64,000 nucleotides of DNA, taken from positions 18,972,001 to 19,036,000 of the forward strand of contig NC_042999.1 in assembly GCF_006345805.1 (NCBI RefSeq), given 5' to 3'. Origin of the DNA: Octopus sinensis. Its lineage: Eukaryota. Both the position numbers and the translations under genes were made by a program. Every line of letters begins with the position of its first letter. The first letter of the stretch is position 1. Under the pieces are notes generated by a model that saw only the letters and a program-made list of their open reading frames with translations, was not told the DNA's origin and searched no databases. Below are positions 27,783 through 42,700 of this stretch, piece after piece.

Positions 27783-28268
27783 ATATATATATATTTTTCA
27801 GTCTCCGAATTAGGGCTAGACTTCTTAGGAGCATCACATTCATAATGTATGTAAAATTTATTCTATTTCAGAACCGCGGATGTTTATCCTAAACGAACTT
27901 GAATGTTGTATATTATTTATGAATAAAAATAAAATGCTATGATCTGATTATCTGTATCTTCTATTATACGATTTAAAAAAGTCAGAAACGAACTGTGTGT
28001 TCTTTTCTATTATATCCTACTCTAGTGCGACTCTGACCGAACTGCAATCCACTGTTGTCGATTGCACACGTTGAAGACTGGTAAAATAGAAATAAAGGTA
28101 GGAGCGGTTGTGGCCGTATCGTTAAGGAGCTCTTTTGCATGATGTGTGTATTATCAGGGATGTACGAATGTGAGTGTGTTATTGTTTGTATGAGTGCGCA
28201 ACGCTGTTGCATTTGTACCAGCATTAATCTTCCACACTCGCACACATATATACCAAAAGGCATGCATG

Positions 28269-28318
<50 letters not shown>

Positions 28319-28534
28319 ACATACGATATATTTGCATATACGAACTTATACACACAAATATATGCACGTATACACACAACCGGTTTAAATTGCCCGCCTA
28401 AACCTCCTCGTGCGAAACGATCAGAATAGCACCGCAGTGAATATAATGATGAAAATAGATTTATAAATTTATATAAATTAGAAGATCGATATTTAAATTA
28501 ACGATCATATCCTTATTGTATATAGAAAAAATAT

Positions 28535-28700
<166 letters not shown>

Positions 28701-29213
28701 TTGCACACACAAACACCAAACAAAAAAGACATACATGCACGTATATATGATCTTCCACACATAGACACACGCACTCGTACGTTTGCACAAATATACAAGT
28801 ATATATTTATTTACGCACACACATCCATACATTCCTCCGAAACGTATTTGCTCACGCACGCATATAAAGCAGGCACTAGCGTACACGTATTCCCACACAT
28901 ACACACACACATACACTTATAGAACTAATAGCATACCCAGATCTATGATTGCATCCGTTTGGTATACGCACTCTTATACACTCTCACACTCGTTGTTGTT
29001 AGTTATGTCAGTTTCCATAAACCTGGACGGTAGCAGTTGGCTGTCCGAGAAATTCCCTATTCTAACGAAATTGCAGCCGCTGATTGACCGTTCTTCATTA
29101 TAAAGTAACCGTTTGACCCGACTTAAACCGCAGTCATCTTGGTCTTCCAGTAGCAATCTTAGACTCGCTGTATTTCTCCATTCATTAATATAAGACAGAA
29201 TAGGATGGGTTTC

Positions 29214-29625
29214 TGTCAGAAGCCAGTGAAAATGTGTTGGGTGGACGCCCCCTGACGAATAAGTAAGCTAGATATACGTAGATATAGACGGAGAAGTGTA
29301 GACGTCAAAATAGTCAGAACAGCAGTTGTAGTAGAGTAGTGTCGAGTACAGGTCATCCGAGCGTGCGACATAAGAGTTGCAACCTGGATTTCGTAGCACA
29401 CACAGCCACTGTGTAGTATTGCGATATAACAGTGGCGACAAGGTTTCGAATAGTACCAACATGGAAGAGTTACTGAAAGCAGTTTTAAAACAACAACAGC
29501 AGCAACTACAGAAGTTAACAAAATTGTTACTGCAGTCGAGAAATACGAGAGAATCATTTTCAGCAGATGCTATTCCAAATTACATCGAATAATTTCACTA
29601 CAATCCGAACGTGCGACGTAACAAA
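29214..29625 (+). mobile_element. Gypsy-like 5' LTR + PBS + gag start remnant
   Basis: ...ATAACA|G-TGGCGACAAGG (PBS-like, 29433-29443), then ATG 29461 MEELLKAVLKQQQQQ..FSADAIPNYIE*FHY; LTR start uncertain. Confidence 0.55.
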
Positions 29626-30674
29626 ATTCCATTGAGCCGAATCAAATCATTTTAAACATTATATGCAACTCTGACTAAATACCTAAGTACCTTATTCTTT
29701 GGTCACTCACTTGTATACATATATACATATTTATATAGACATATAAACACAAACACATATATACAAACATATATAGTGGGAGAGAGTTAAACAGATAGAT
29801 ATACATATGCGTGGAAAAAAATACTCATGTGTACACGTATGTATATGTGTGTATATTTACGCCGGTGTTACTTCCTGCGCGTGTGTGTATGTGTGTCATT
29901 CCGAGATAAAATATTACATTACATATTCCCGAATATGGTCACAAAATATTTCTATTTAGCAAATTTCTTCCACCTCAGTTGCGTCATTATCTATATGCTA
30001 CTTTAAATATTTTAATATTATTGATTCTTTACTTGTGTGATATAACTTTTCAAGACTGTTACAAAAAAAAGTGTAGCATACTTATTTTATTAGTCCCAAC
30101 GGGATGAAAAAGTAAGCCAAACTCAAGCAATATTTAATATCAGAATGCAAATAAATGAGGTAGATAGGCCAATAAATTTCGTCGTTCTTTCTCTGACGTT
30201 ACTGTCAGACCTCCAGCCTAAATAATCAGTTCTTAATAATTAAATAACATCGACACCATCACATTTAAGTTTCTTTGTATGTATCAATTACTACGTATGC
30301 TTGTATATTGGTTTGAACATAATATAATACTACCAACTGGAAAACAAGAGTGAACAATGGATGGTTAGGGGAATTTTCCTACATAAATATTTATGTTGAT
30401 GCAACATTTAATTGTAAATTGTCTCATGCGAAAATTTCCCTTACAAGACTAAACATATATGCTTGCTGATAATTTGCTGGTTAGTTCTATTTCCGCATTG
30501 ATATAAGCACCAACAATATACTTTACTTCAACATTTCACTCTCTTCCCTTTTCTTCTTTTTATCAGTATATCGCATTGCTCTGTATAATACATTTTTCGT
30601 CTTCAGAAATCCAAGCGTTTTCATATAGAAAGTTCTAACACGTGCCTGTATACATTACATGATTATATGAATGC

Positions 30675-30726
<52 letters not shown>

Positions 30727-30872
30727 CTCTTCTGGGTTTGGTAATAGAAAATAATTATGATTTCATTAAAAACATTCCTCTCTATTTCACACGCCCATTG
30801 GAGCTGTCTTCCAGTTTTTCTAATCTCTGTAAAAGTATTGCAAATGTACTACGAATGTTGGGCCTCCTTCGC

Positions 30873-30922
<50 letters not shown>

Positions 30923-31009
30923 ATATATATATATATATATGTACATATGAGTGTGTATGTGTGTATATATATATATGAGTGTGTGTATGTGTGTATGTAT
31001 ACATATACA

Positions 31010-31365
31010 TATTTGTTTTTTGCCCACAAGGGAAAAAACATAGAGGAGACAAATAAGGACACACAAAGGGATTAAGTCGATTACATCGACCCCAGTGCGA
31101 TTTTAACAGGTATTTAATTTATCGACCCCTAAAGGATGAAAGGCAAAGTCGACCTCGGCGGAATTTCAACTCAGAACGTAGCGGGAGAGGAAATACCGTT
31201 AAGCACTTCGCCAGCGTGCTAACATTTCCTTCTATGAAATCCACAAATAAAAATTTGGTCGGCCCGAGGTTATACCAGGAGTAACTTGCCCAAGGTAATA
31301 CGCACTGGAACCTAAACCCGAACTATGTTGTTGGAAAGCAATCTTCTTACCACACAGCCATGCCT
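31010..31365 (-). mobile_element. Two adjacent SINE fragments (5587 family and CORE-like family)
   Basis: Similarity to other copies in the window. Confidence 0.7.
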
Positions 31366-32158
31366 GTGTCTATGTTTAAGATCTTTTTTCTTTTGATCTT
31401 TATTCTATTACCGCATTTCTTTGTATGTAAATCTTATCAACTACTATAGCAGTCCTTGTCCCTTGTCTGAAATAAACGCGTTAATAAGCATGTTTCGGTA
31501 TTTGCAGTCAAAGAAATATGCTCTTAATCCTTCATGTTTAATCCCCTGTCATTCTTTCTTATCCTATTTTGCGACAGAATGAGACTATATATTTATGTGT
31601 CAGCGATTCATTACTTTTAAGAATAATTGTATTGTTGGTTTGTAATGATTCAAATGTACCTACACCGTTTATTTGCGTGGTGAGTGAGTGTGTGTGTGTC
31701 TGCTTGTGTGTGTGTGAAGACAACTGAAGGAGCAGTGATGTAATCTGACATTTAACGTAAAATCTCTATCTAGTTAATTCAAATTTATGCTGGGGAAATT
31801 ATCAATCTAATCCGACCAAATATGATTCAATTATTCTGGTTTGTGTAGGAACATTTCTCATTTTCTATTACGTTGCTCTCAACTACGTTGCTGAAAATGT
31901 GTACCAACTTAATGTCAGCGCTGCCTTTATCTTCCCAGCTGCCACAGCCACGATGTTCTGTAACCTGAAATGATAGAATGTCGGAGGAAATATATTACTG
32001 GTACATAGTCACTTAAAACTGTTAAATAATTCAGGGGACATATTAATCAAGGGTCGTACTCGCTTACCAATAACAGTATCTTATTTAAAATAATAATTAG
32101 TTGATTTAATTTTCTTTCAAATTATATTTCCACGTCTTCTAAATTATTTCCATTTACA

Positions 32159-32323
32159 GGCGCAGGAGTGGCTGTGTGGTAAGTAGCTTGCTAACCAACC
32201 ACATGGTTCCGGGTTCAGTCCCACTGCGTGGTACCTTTGGCAAGTGTCTTCTGCTATAGCCTCGGGCCTACCAAAGCCTTGTGAGTGGATTTGGTAGACG
32301 GAAACTGAAAGAAGCCTGTCGTA

Positions 32324-32364
<41 letters not shown>

Positions 32365-32587
32365 TTGTTTGTGTGTCTGTGTTTGTCCCCCTAGTTTGCT
32401 TGACAACCGATGCTGGTGTGTTTACGTCCCCGTCCCTTAGCGGTTCGGCAAAAAGAGACTGATAGAATAAGTACTGGGCTTACAAAAAAAGAATAAGTCC
32501 CGGGGTCGAGTTGCTCGACTAAAGGCGGTGCTCCAGCATGGCCGCAGTCAAATGACTGAAACAAGTAAAAGAGTAAAGAGTAAAGAG
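32159..32587 (+). mobile_element. CORE-like tRNA-derived SINE, full length
   Basis: Head GGCGCAGGAGTGGCTGTGTGG, internal microsatellite, GAGTAAAGAG tail. Confidence 0.9.
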
Positions 32588-32744
32588 AGACATAATTACG
32601 AAAATAGGTTTTCTAAATTAAATCCTATTTAATTGTTTGCATTAAAATGCATTCTCATTCATTTTCAATTTGATTAATTTGATAATTCCTAAATTGTTTT
32701 TTGAAAAATTTACTACTGAAAATTTTTGAAAAATTTACATAGAC

Positions 32745-32910
32745 ACAGGAGTGGCTGTGTGGTAAACAGCTTGCTTACCAACCACATTTTGACTCCGGGT
32801 TCATTCCCACTGCGTGGCACCTTGGACCAAATGTCTTCTACTATAGCCACGGGCCAACCGAAGATTTGTGAGTGGATTTGGAAGACGGAAACTGAAAGAA
32901 GCCCGTCGTA
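32745..32910 (+). mobile_element. CORE-like SINE 5' half
   Basis: Same head and core as 32159. Confidence 0.8.
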
Positions 32911-33106
32911 TATATGTGTATATATATATGTATATATATATATATATTATATATATATATATGTATATATATAGTATATGTATATATATGTATATATTAT
33001 ATATATATATAATATATGTATATATATATGTATATATATATATGTATAATATATATATATAATATGTATATATATATAATATATATGTATATATATAATA
33101 TATATG

Positions 33107-33163
<57 letters not shown>

Positions 33164-33167
33164 GATA

Positions 33168-33198
<31 letters not shown>

Positions 33199-33199
33199 G

Positions 33200-33278
<79 letters not shown>

Positions 33279-33462
33279 GATATGTATATATATATATATA
33301 TAATATATAATATATGTATATATATATATTTATATAGATATATATATGTATATTATATATATATATATATATAATATATGTATATATATATATATATATG
33401 TATATATATACATATATATGTATATATATATATATATATATATGTATATAGATATATATATG

Positions 33463-33514
<52 letters not shown>

Positions 33515-33518
33515 TATG

Positions 33519-33558
<40 letters not shown>

Positions 33559-33599
33559 TGTATATATTATATATATGTATCTATATATAATATATATGC

Positions 33600-33626
<27 letters not shown>
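32910..33626. repeat. Long degenerate (TA)n array
   Basis: Directly visible. Confidence 0.95.
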
Positions 33627-33632
<6 letters not shown>

Positions 33633-33805
33633 TAAATATTAGGGAATAAATCCAAATTTTACAGGGAAAAAATCAGATTTAGGATTAAATCGATTTTTAT
33701 TAAAATATTATAAAATATTATTCGAGACAAAACCACTATTTTGCCAAACAAACAAGGAAAGACTTAATTAATACATAAAATTTTAATAAATAGTCAAAAA
33801 AACCG

Positions 33806-33848
33806 CCACTACAATCGTTTCTTGTCTTGATCGACAATCTTCAGGTGG
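33806..33848 (-). ncRNA. Minimal type I hammerhead ribozyme (mirror copy)
   Basis: Reverse complement of 35393-35435. Confidence 0.8.
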
Positions 33849-35392
33849 ACTTCAATCTAAAAAATCAATATTTTAAAATATAAAAAAAATAATTTTAAAA
33901 TAATTAAAGTATGAATGAAAAATATAAGTATATAATCCATATATAACCTATCTATAATCCATATATAAACATATATAAACAATATATAAAACTAAAAAAA
34001 CCTATCAACAATTAAATATAAAATATAAAATATAAAATATAAAATATAAAATATAAAATATAAAACAAAACAAAAAAAAAAATAATAATAATAATATAAT
34101 AATAAAATATATATACACCCATACGCATATACCTAATTATATATAACCATATTAACTACATACACTAAATCACCCACCTATATATATATCTCTATACATA
34201 CACATAAAATGTCTAGGCAACTATAAATAAATAAAATAGCTAAATACTTCAACACAATACTTATTCATACTCCCCCACACACACACATATACAACCCACA
34301 TTCACGCTCTAGAAAACGGACATCACTAAAACTATGAACGGAGAAATGGAATAAATGGAATTAAAAATTATATTCACTTGGTAAAACGAACACTACTTAA
34401 AAATTATGAATGAAACAATGCAATAAAACAACAGACATCGCAAATAGACACAATTACTACAATTCCTTATCAAACCTACCATGATAACCAAAACTCATAA
34501 AAACATATAATGATAAAATCTCCCTTTACTAAACTCTATAACAAACCTATATAGCAATCCCCCTAACCTAAACATTCACACACAAATACACACACGTAAA
34601 GTGGTGTGGGTATTTGTATATGTCGTGGGTGTGTGGTTTACGTGGTGTGTATTGTGTGTGAATGTTTAGGTTAGGGGGATTGCTATATTGGTTTGTTATA
34701 GAGTTTAGTAAGGGAGATTTTAGATTTTATCATTATTGTTTTATGAGTTTTGGTTATCATGGTAGGTTTGATAAGGAATTTGTAGTAATTTGTGTCTATT
34801 TGCGATGTCTGTTGTTTTATTGCATTGTTTCATTCATAATTTTTAAGTAGTGTTCGTTTTACCAAGTGAATATAATTTTTAATTCCATTTATTCCATTTC
34901 TCCGTTCATAGTTTTGGAGTGATGTCCGTTTTCTAGAGCGTGAATGTGGGTTGTATATGTGTGTGTGTGGGGGAGTATGAATAAGTATTGTGTTGAAGTA
35001 TTTAGCTATTTTTTATTTATAGTTGCCTAGACATTTTTATGTGTATGTATAGAGATATATATATAGGTGTGTGATTTAGTGTATGTAGTTAGATATGGTT
35101 ATATATAATTAGGTACTGCGTATGGGTGTAATATAGTTTATTATTATATTATTATTATTATTTTTTTTTGTTTTGTTTTGTTTTATATTTTATATTTTAT
35201 ATTTTATATTTTATATTTTATATTTAATTGTTGATAGGTTTTTTAGTTTATATATTGTTTTTTATATATTGTTTATATGGATTATAGATAGGTTATATAT
35301 GGATTATATACTTATATTTTTTCATTCATACTTTAATTATTTTAAAATTATTATTTTTATATTTTAAAATATTGATTTTTTAGATTGGAAGT

Positions 35393-35435
35393 CCACCTGA
35401 AGATTGTCGATCAAGACAAGAAACGATTGTAGTGG
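35393..35435 (+). ncRNA. Minimal type I hammerhead ribozyme
   Basis: CCAC-CTGAAGA-TTGTC-GATCAA-GACAA-GAAAC-GATT-GTA-GTGG: 4-bp stem I, 5-bp stem II, short stem III. Confidence 0.85.
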
Positions 35436-35527
35436 CGGTTTTTTTGACTATTTATTAAAATTTTATGTATTAATTAAGTCTTTCTTCCTTGTTGTTTTGC
35501 AAAATAGTGGTTTTGTCTCGAATAATA

Positions 35528-35629
<102 letters not shown>

Positions 35630-35654
35630 TATATGCGTGTGTATGTATGTGTGT

Positions 35655-35815
35655 TTGTGTGTCTTTGTTGTCCCCTCCCCCACCAACATCGCTTGACAAC
35701 CGATGCTGGTGTGTTTACGCCCCCGTAAGTTAGCGGTTCGGCAACGTAGGCCGATAGAATAAGTACTAGGCTTACAAAGAATAGGTCCTGCGGTCGATTT
35801 CTGCGCTACACAGGC
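35655..35815 (+). mobile_element. CORE-like SINE 3' half
   Basis: CGCTTGACAACCGATGCTGGTGTGTTTACG..TTAGCGGTTCGGC. Confidence 0.75.
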
Positions 35816-36719
35816 GCGACTCTCTCGCATCAATACTTTCTCTTTTTACTTTTTTTTCCATGACAACAGTATCTTCCATATTACTTTAGCTTTATCATAC
35901 GTTTTTTTTTTTTACATATATAAAGCTAAAGTAGTTAAGAAGCTCGTTTTAGAACCTCGTGGTTTGAGTTCCTTTTTCCGATGCGCAGCGTCTTCAACGA
36001 GTTTCTTCTACTATAGCGCCGATACGACCAATGCCAATTGAGCATCTGAGCTGCGTAGAAACCCGTCATATCTGTGTGGGGGCGGAGTGACTACGTGTTT
36101 GTGTATCGTTGTGACTCTGTTTGACACCATCATCCCTCTGCTTGATGATCGGTGAAAAGGACAGACACCTACGTTTTCCCTTGTGTGCCAAATTGAAAGT
36201 AACTGGAAAGGAAATGCACTTGAGAGGCTGGAAATCGGCATTTTATGCAACACAAATAGAAAAAAATTTGTTCTCCTAGTTCAAAGTATTACCAGGCAGG
36301 GTATCTATGTAAACGTGGCCTCAATACATTCATTTTTTTGACATGAATGTAGAGGTATGAAGATATCAAAATTAGCTTTGTTTTAGTAGAGCAGTTTTCA
36401 CACAAATTCCTTGCTGCTTAACCTCTATTCGAGGAACTCGAATGGATTAACCCGTTGAAACCATTATAATGGAAACAAAATATGTGTATAAAGTGATTTT
36501 TTCAAAAACAATATAATTTTTTGGGAAGTACTTTTTTCATTTTTGTACTCTCTTTTTTGCAGCTTTCCCGCATAAAATTAAAGTTAGTTATGAAAGCCAG
36601 AATTGTTTTTATTATGATGCTATAAATATATGAATATATAACGACTAATCACACATCGACACACACTCAATTACACATACACACACACACACTCAGACAC
36701 ACGTACATGGTCGTACCAG

Positions 36720-37080
36720 TGGAGGCGCAATGGCCCAGTGGTTAGGGCAGCGGACTCGCGGTCATAGGATCGCGGTTTCCATTCCCAGACCGGGCGTTGT
36801 GAGTGTTTATTGATCGAAAACACCTAAAGCTCCACGAGGCTCCGGCAGGGGATGGTGGTGATCCCTGCTGTACTCTTTCACCACAACTTTCTCTCACTCT
36901 TACTTCCTGTTTCTGTTGTACCTGTATTTCAAAGGGCCGGCCTTGTCACTCTCTGTGGCACGCTGAATATCCCCGAGAACTACGTTAAGGGTACACGTGT
37001 CTGTGGAGTGCTCAGCCACTTACACGTTAATTGGGATCAACCGGAATTCTCGTCGTCGTAACCGACGGAGTGCTTCCATC
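36720..37080 (+). mobile_element. tRNA-derived SINE, near full length
   Basis: GGAGGCGCAATGGCCCAGTGGTTAGGGCAGCGGACTC head. Confidence 0.8.
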
Positions 37081-37599
37081 CACATGGTCGTACCTATGTT
37101 ATGCTACATTCAACTATCTATATTTTCCGTTGCTTATGAATCTGTAAATTTATCAACATATGCTGACGATATAATTGTAATTATTAGCAAAGAATCCTGT
37201 TTTATTTACGAGTCATTCAGCTTATTTTGCAAGGTAATTTGTTGTCTGCATTTTAGTCTATATTTTTAATGATTCTCGTTTCTTTCGACATTTTTGCTTG
37301 TCTCGAATCTTTTCAGAGCTCCGTCATATTTGTCAAGTGATACTGTTCTTTATCTTACCTTGAATTGCTTAATAATTACTGGTTTATAGTTGGACTCTTA
37401 TGCTTATACAAATCACAACATGCATTTAGGTACATTTATAAGATGCATATGCATGCAGACAGCGTTAATTGTATTTCTCGAATTTGGACTCTACATAGAT
37501 AATACAATAATTCATAGTCTGAAATAATTCAACATAATGACTACTTGAACCAGTTGACTTATTCACTATTGAAACAAAATGATCCTTGCCAACATATAT

Positions 37600-37895
37600 A
37601 TTATGTTTTTATTGATCACAAGGGGCTAAACATAAAGGGGGCAAACAAGAACAGACAAACGGATTAAGTTGATTACATCGATCCAGTGCATAACTGGTAC
37701 TTATTTAATCGAACCCGAAAGGATGAAAGGCCAAGTTGACCTCGGCGGAATTTGAACTTTGAACGTAGCGGCAGACGAAATACCTATTTCTTTATTACCC
37801 ACAAGGGGTTAAACACAGAGGGAACAAACAAGGCAGACGAAATTCCGCTAAGCATTTCACCCGGCGTGCTAACGTTTCTGCCAAATCGCCGCCTT
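37600..37895 (-). mobile_element. SINE (5587 family) with duplicated 3' tail
   Basis: Two tail motifs (~37605 and 37785-37808). Confidence 0.75.
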
Positions 37896-38082
37896 ATATA
37901 TTTAGCCAACATCTAGACAACATATATATTGATATAGAAGCAGGTTTCTGAACAGTCCAGCTTGAATTGAACAACTTTTAGTATTGGCGATATTGACATA
38001 TCTGTTGGAGTGTCATAAATTCATAACCCAGATTGAACACCTGCACTGTTTGTCTAAATTGTATATTTTTATCAAATATATG

Positions 38083-38295
38083 TAGAGGCGCAATGGCCTA
38101 GTGGTTAGGGCAGCGGACTCGCGGTCGCAGGATCGCGGTTTCGATTCTCAGACTGGGCGTTGTGTGTGTTTATTGAGCGAAAACACCTAAAAGCTCTACG
38201 AGGCTCCGGTAGGGGGTGGTGATCCCTGCTGTACTCTTTCACCACAATGGCGGTGCCCCAGCATGGCCACAGCTCAAGAGCTGAAACTGGAAAAA
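38083..38295 (+). mobile_element. tRNA-derived SINE (internally shortened)
   Basis: Head as 36720; ends with CAGCATGGCC-type tail. Confidence 0.7.
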
Positions 38296-39763
38296 CAAAA
38301 AAAAAAAAACAAACGAATATATCAGATCACCATCAACCGTCTTCTCAGAACTACTGCTATTTATTTAATTTTGTTATTTGATTTGCAAGCTACTTGGTGT
38401 GAACTCTTTTGTCGAAACGGATGTTATTATATCTCGGGAGGGTCATTATGCCAATAATATTCTTATTATTCACTTCTTTTACATTAAGCCTATGTACCAA
38501 TCGATTTTGATTAATCGTCCGGCATGTCATTGATGAAACCATGAACAGCGATGAAAGAACTGTGACAAACCTACCTGACTGATTGATTGCTTGAACAATT
38601 AATGAAACAAGCAATTAGTTAATTGGTTAAATGTCAATGTGTTGACAAATAATGAAAGAAATGAAGATGATCCAGTGCGTGTGCTTATTATTAGCATAAC
38701 GACCCTCTAAGGATACACGTGGAGGCTATAAATATGGCATTAATATGAGCAGTGTATAATCTACTGAAGATTTTCCCGTTTACCAGCACATTTCTGATAG
38801 ATGATAAAGCTTAACAATAAATAACAACACAAGCGGGAAATGTAAACTTGGAAATTCATAAGTTAGTCATGTCACACGTGGACACTAATATTACAATGTC
38901 TATCCAAATTAAAGTTTGGCTGTCAGTGACTTTGCAAATGAAATACACCGTTTTGTCGAAAAAACTATATATAGAAACACCCAAAAATCAAGAACGGTAC
39001 GGGGACCAATTATAATTATTATAAAACAAAATATGAACGTATACGAAAAGGTACATTATTCATACAATTAATAACGAAAGGACGTAAATGAACAAGGTTT
39101 TAAGAGTGTCTATTATTGAATTTCGGAGAACGCCAAGATAAGAGGTGTTTGTGAATCACAAAAGACATTAATATATGTATGCATCACCGGTATTTTCAAC
39201 AAAAGAACATTTCAACGTTATCCAAAACGATTATTCCTCCCAAACTATGCAAAAATGAAATGGAAAGCAATGTATTTGCAACAAAATGGGAACCAAAATT
39301 ATTAACAGGACTATGGTCCGGGAAGACACATTCACAAAGAAAATATTCAAGATAAATTATGTAGCACTCGCAGTCATAGGGAGCCACATGAACGCAAAAG
39401 ATAACAGAAGCGGGAAACAAAAGCTATGTTGAATGTTTGATACAGTTATAAGAAACTAGATTTCTGGTCGCAATATGTAACAATGTCACATGCAGTGCTA
39501 GCAATAATTATAAATAACTTAACATTGTAGGAAACATACTGGAACTGCTCATTAATTGCAAGCTCCAAGATTAAACGAAGAATAACCACTAAAATCACTA
39601 CAAAATATTTCTACCTGCTTCCACAATTCTTACACCCCGGAATAATGATAATGCTACACGATAAAACTATCAAGTCTAGTACGCATAAAAATAAATTAAT
39701 CTCCAAAACAGAACACAAATTTTCGAAAAAAAAAACAACAAATGTTATAGTTTTATAGATAAA

Positions 39764-42700
39764 CTAGCAGCATAGCCCGGCGTTGCCCGGGTATGTAAGA
39801 GCCCCTAGTAGGCAACGACTAATCCCAATGTAGTCCTTTCCCTCCAGGGAACGAAGGTGCATGTGGACGTTGCAATGTCTTGTCTTCACTGGAATACTTC
39901 TGTATATACGATGTTCCTAGCTGTCCGTTTGGGCGAAAACATGAAAACATCATTGCGCCTCCCAACGCGTGAACAGCCCCGTAGAGTTGACCGTGGGCGA
40001 AGCACTGTTCGCCCAAATGTAACCCAGCGACTTGTAGCGTTTGGCCTTGGGATTTATTGATGGACATTGCAAGCAGAGTTTAACAGGAAACTGAGAACGC
40101 CTGAAGTGGATTGGTAGGTCAGCGCCCGACGGTTGAAGGTGCATCCGTGGAATGAAGACGTCCTCTCCCTTCCCACAACCGGTAAGTATTGTGGCCGTTA
40201 TTAAATGTGGTGCCAAAGTGTTTCACAACCAAACGTGTGCCGTTGCACTGTTTAGGTGGAACCAAATTCCTGATGAGCATAATGGGCGCACCGACTTTTA
40301 ACTTCAGGATGTGTGGTGGCAGGCCTGGCGGTTCAAGTGAATTCAGGAATTCAACAGGATAATCGGCAAGCTGGGCGGGGTCTGCTGTCCTATCTATAGA
40401 TTTGTAGACGTGGACATCACCAGGAATAACTTCAAGTAGCTGGATATTGATGGAGTTGACGGTTGTATTTTTGGGTGCGAGAATAGCTCTGCCTGCCAGC
40501 CATTTTAGGTCGCGTAAATTGTTTTGTAGGTCGTGGAAGACAGCGTCCCGGAGGCTAGCAGGGGTGTCGACAATGGTGCAAAGTGAGTCCAATTGAACGT
40601 AGCCATCCGCATCAGACAGCATCCTATTTTCACCGAGCGATAAGAGGTCCCTGGAGAATGCAGCGGATCCGCTGTCACCAATTAACTGCGCGCGCATGTT
40701 AGTTTGGAGGTGCAAGGGCCGCACATGTGCCAAAGAGCTGACGACTTAAGGCACGCGCGCACGGCATCGGCACGGGTTCCTTTTGGAATAACAGGTAGAG
40801 TCTGCCTGAAGTCTCCTGAAAGAAGTAAAGTTAATCCTCCCATGGGGGCCGTAGAGTCTCTGATGTCTTGCAGGGACCTGTCCAGTGCCTCAAGGGCGCC
40901 TTTGTGTGCCATAGTGCACTCGTCCCATACGATGAGTTTGCATCTGCGAAGAATGTCGGCCTGTTCTGAGTTCTTGGCGATGTTGCAGATAGGTGACTCG
41001 GACTTTGCCAGATCGAGCGGGAGTCTGAAGGCAGAGTGGGCGGTTCTGCCACCCGGAAGCAACGTGGCCGCGATACCAGAGGAAGCTACAGCCAGGGCAA
41101 TGTCCGTGTTGCGTCTGACCTCTGCCAGAATTAGTTTAGTGACGAAGGTTTTGCCTGTGCCGCCGGGTGCATCAAGGAAGAAAATCCCCCCACGTTGCTG
41201 TCTGACAGAGTCTACGATGGTGTTGTTGTAGCTATGCGCTGGTCTGGAAGCAGCCGTGGTTCATTATCTTGGACGCACTGGTGCAGTTCCTCAATGCAGT
41301 AGGAAGTTTCGCGTAACAATTCAGCAGACATAACATTGGCGTGTTCACGTGTGGGTGGTGGAAGGCCGTACTCTGTTAAAGCAGACCCACCCATATCGAT
41401 GACAGCGTCTTCGAGTTGAATGAGCGCAAAATGTAAATGAAGTTGGTGAACGTGATCTCGGCGGAAGGGCAGTGTTGCTGAGCCGTACGTAAGAAGTCGT
41501 GTGACATGTCATCCCTGTATTTCATCCAGAGACTTAGTGGATGACTAAGCTGACATTTTTGAAGAAGGATTGCGAAAAGATGTCGTAGGGCCGAATGCGT
41601 TTGCAGTAAAGCACCCTCTGCCATCGTGGCGTCCCACTGGGAGTCATCCTCTAGAAGGCCAAGTCTCATACATGCTTCCCTGAAGGTGTCGCACAGAACC
41701 CCATTGACGGTACGTATATTGGCGAAACCTGTTGGACCAGTGACCTCATGTAGAAGGAGACGGAGGTAGAAGCATTCTTGCTGGTTTGGCGGGATGTTGT
41801 AAACTCGACCCAGGCAGGAGTCAAACTTGACGCCTGGGAAGCTTTCGACGTTTTTGCCGGATTTCCGTCGAACCCAGGTGTTTTTAGACCACACGAAGTA
41901 CGATGGGCTGTGGGTACAAAAGCGTTCGAGCGAAGTCATCACGTTGGCATAATTTGAAGAAACCAGTCAACGTTGTGTCTTTAGGGCTGGTGGCTATCTG
42001 CACAGCACTTTGCTCTGTGAAGTAAATCCGCTGTCCATTTTCCAAGTGTACAGAAAGCTGCACCACAGCCGGGTGTCTCTGATGGAGCGGGAAGCCGTAA
42101 ATGCGCCAAAACGCTTCGTTGCTGCTGAGAAGTAACGGCCAGCCAAGTAGTTGGACACTTCGTCGCGACTGGTGGTCCTCTGGATGCTGAACATGGCAGC
42201 ATCGCTGCCTTTGTTGATATATTTGCAGACATATTGTATTGACTGATGATGGAGCTGCAGAACTCAACGTTGACGTGGGCTTTGAATATCTTCGACAGGA
42301 GAGGACAGTGGGGGACAATGTAGCTGTTGTCCACTTGATGTCGCCCAACCGTAATCGTGCGGCCTCCATTGGCTGGACTCCTTCGTTTGTACAGCGGATA
42401 CCCATCGCCGCCTGTTTGAGTCTCCAAAGTGAACCGTTTAGGGAATCCCTTTGAGCAGGCTAATCCGTTTTTGTAGCATGGTGTGTTGGCGTAATTTGGT
42501 CCACAGGGCCCGTGTACCATGGTAGTGCGGACAATTTCGTAGAGTCCGGGGTCCTCATCGGGGTCAGGAATCTCGGCGGAAATGAATTGTCAATGTCATT
42601 AGTCTCGATTTTATGAGTGAGCCAAAATTAAGATGTGAGCATGTGGCAAGCCCTTCTTTTGCCACTCGACCGAAAACATGTGGCACCTGACATGCCCGAA

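Larger units (their letters stand above)
33716..35527. repeat. Large palindrome (~885-bp arms, ~36-bp spacer 34601-34636), probable Penelope-like inverted pseudo-LTRs
   Basis: Arms are reverse complements with scattered small indels; each contains a hammerhead. Confidence 0.85.

Noticed and set aside
34601-34636. Palindrome spacer as a leftover sequencing adapter
   Set aside because: Does not resemble the SMRTbell adapter as I recall it; an artefact is still not excluded.
36720-36795. tRNA-like sequences at SINE heads
   Set aside because: A/B boxes run into SINE bodies and no full cloverleaf is evident, so not called tRNA genes.
37110-37240. YADD motif (LSTYADDIIVII)
   Set aside because: Possibly an RT remnant, but too short and with no flanking motifs.
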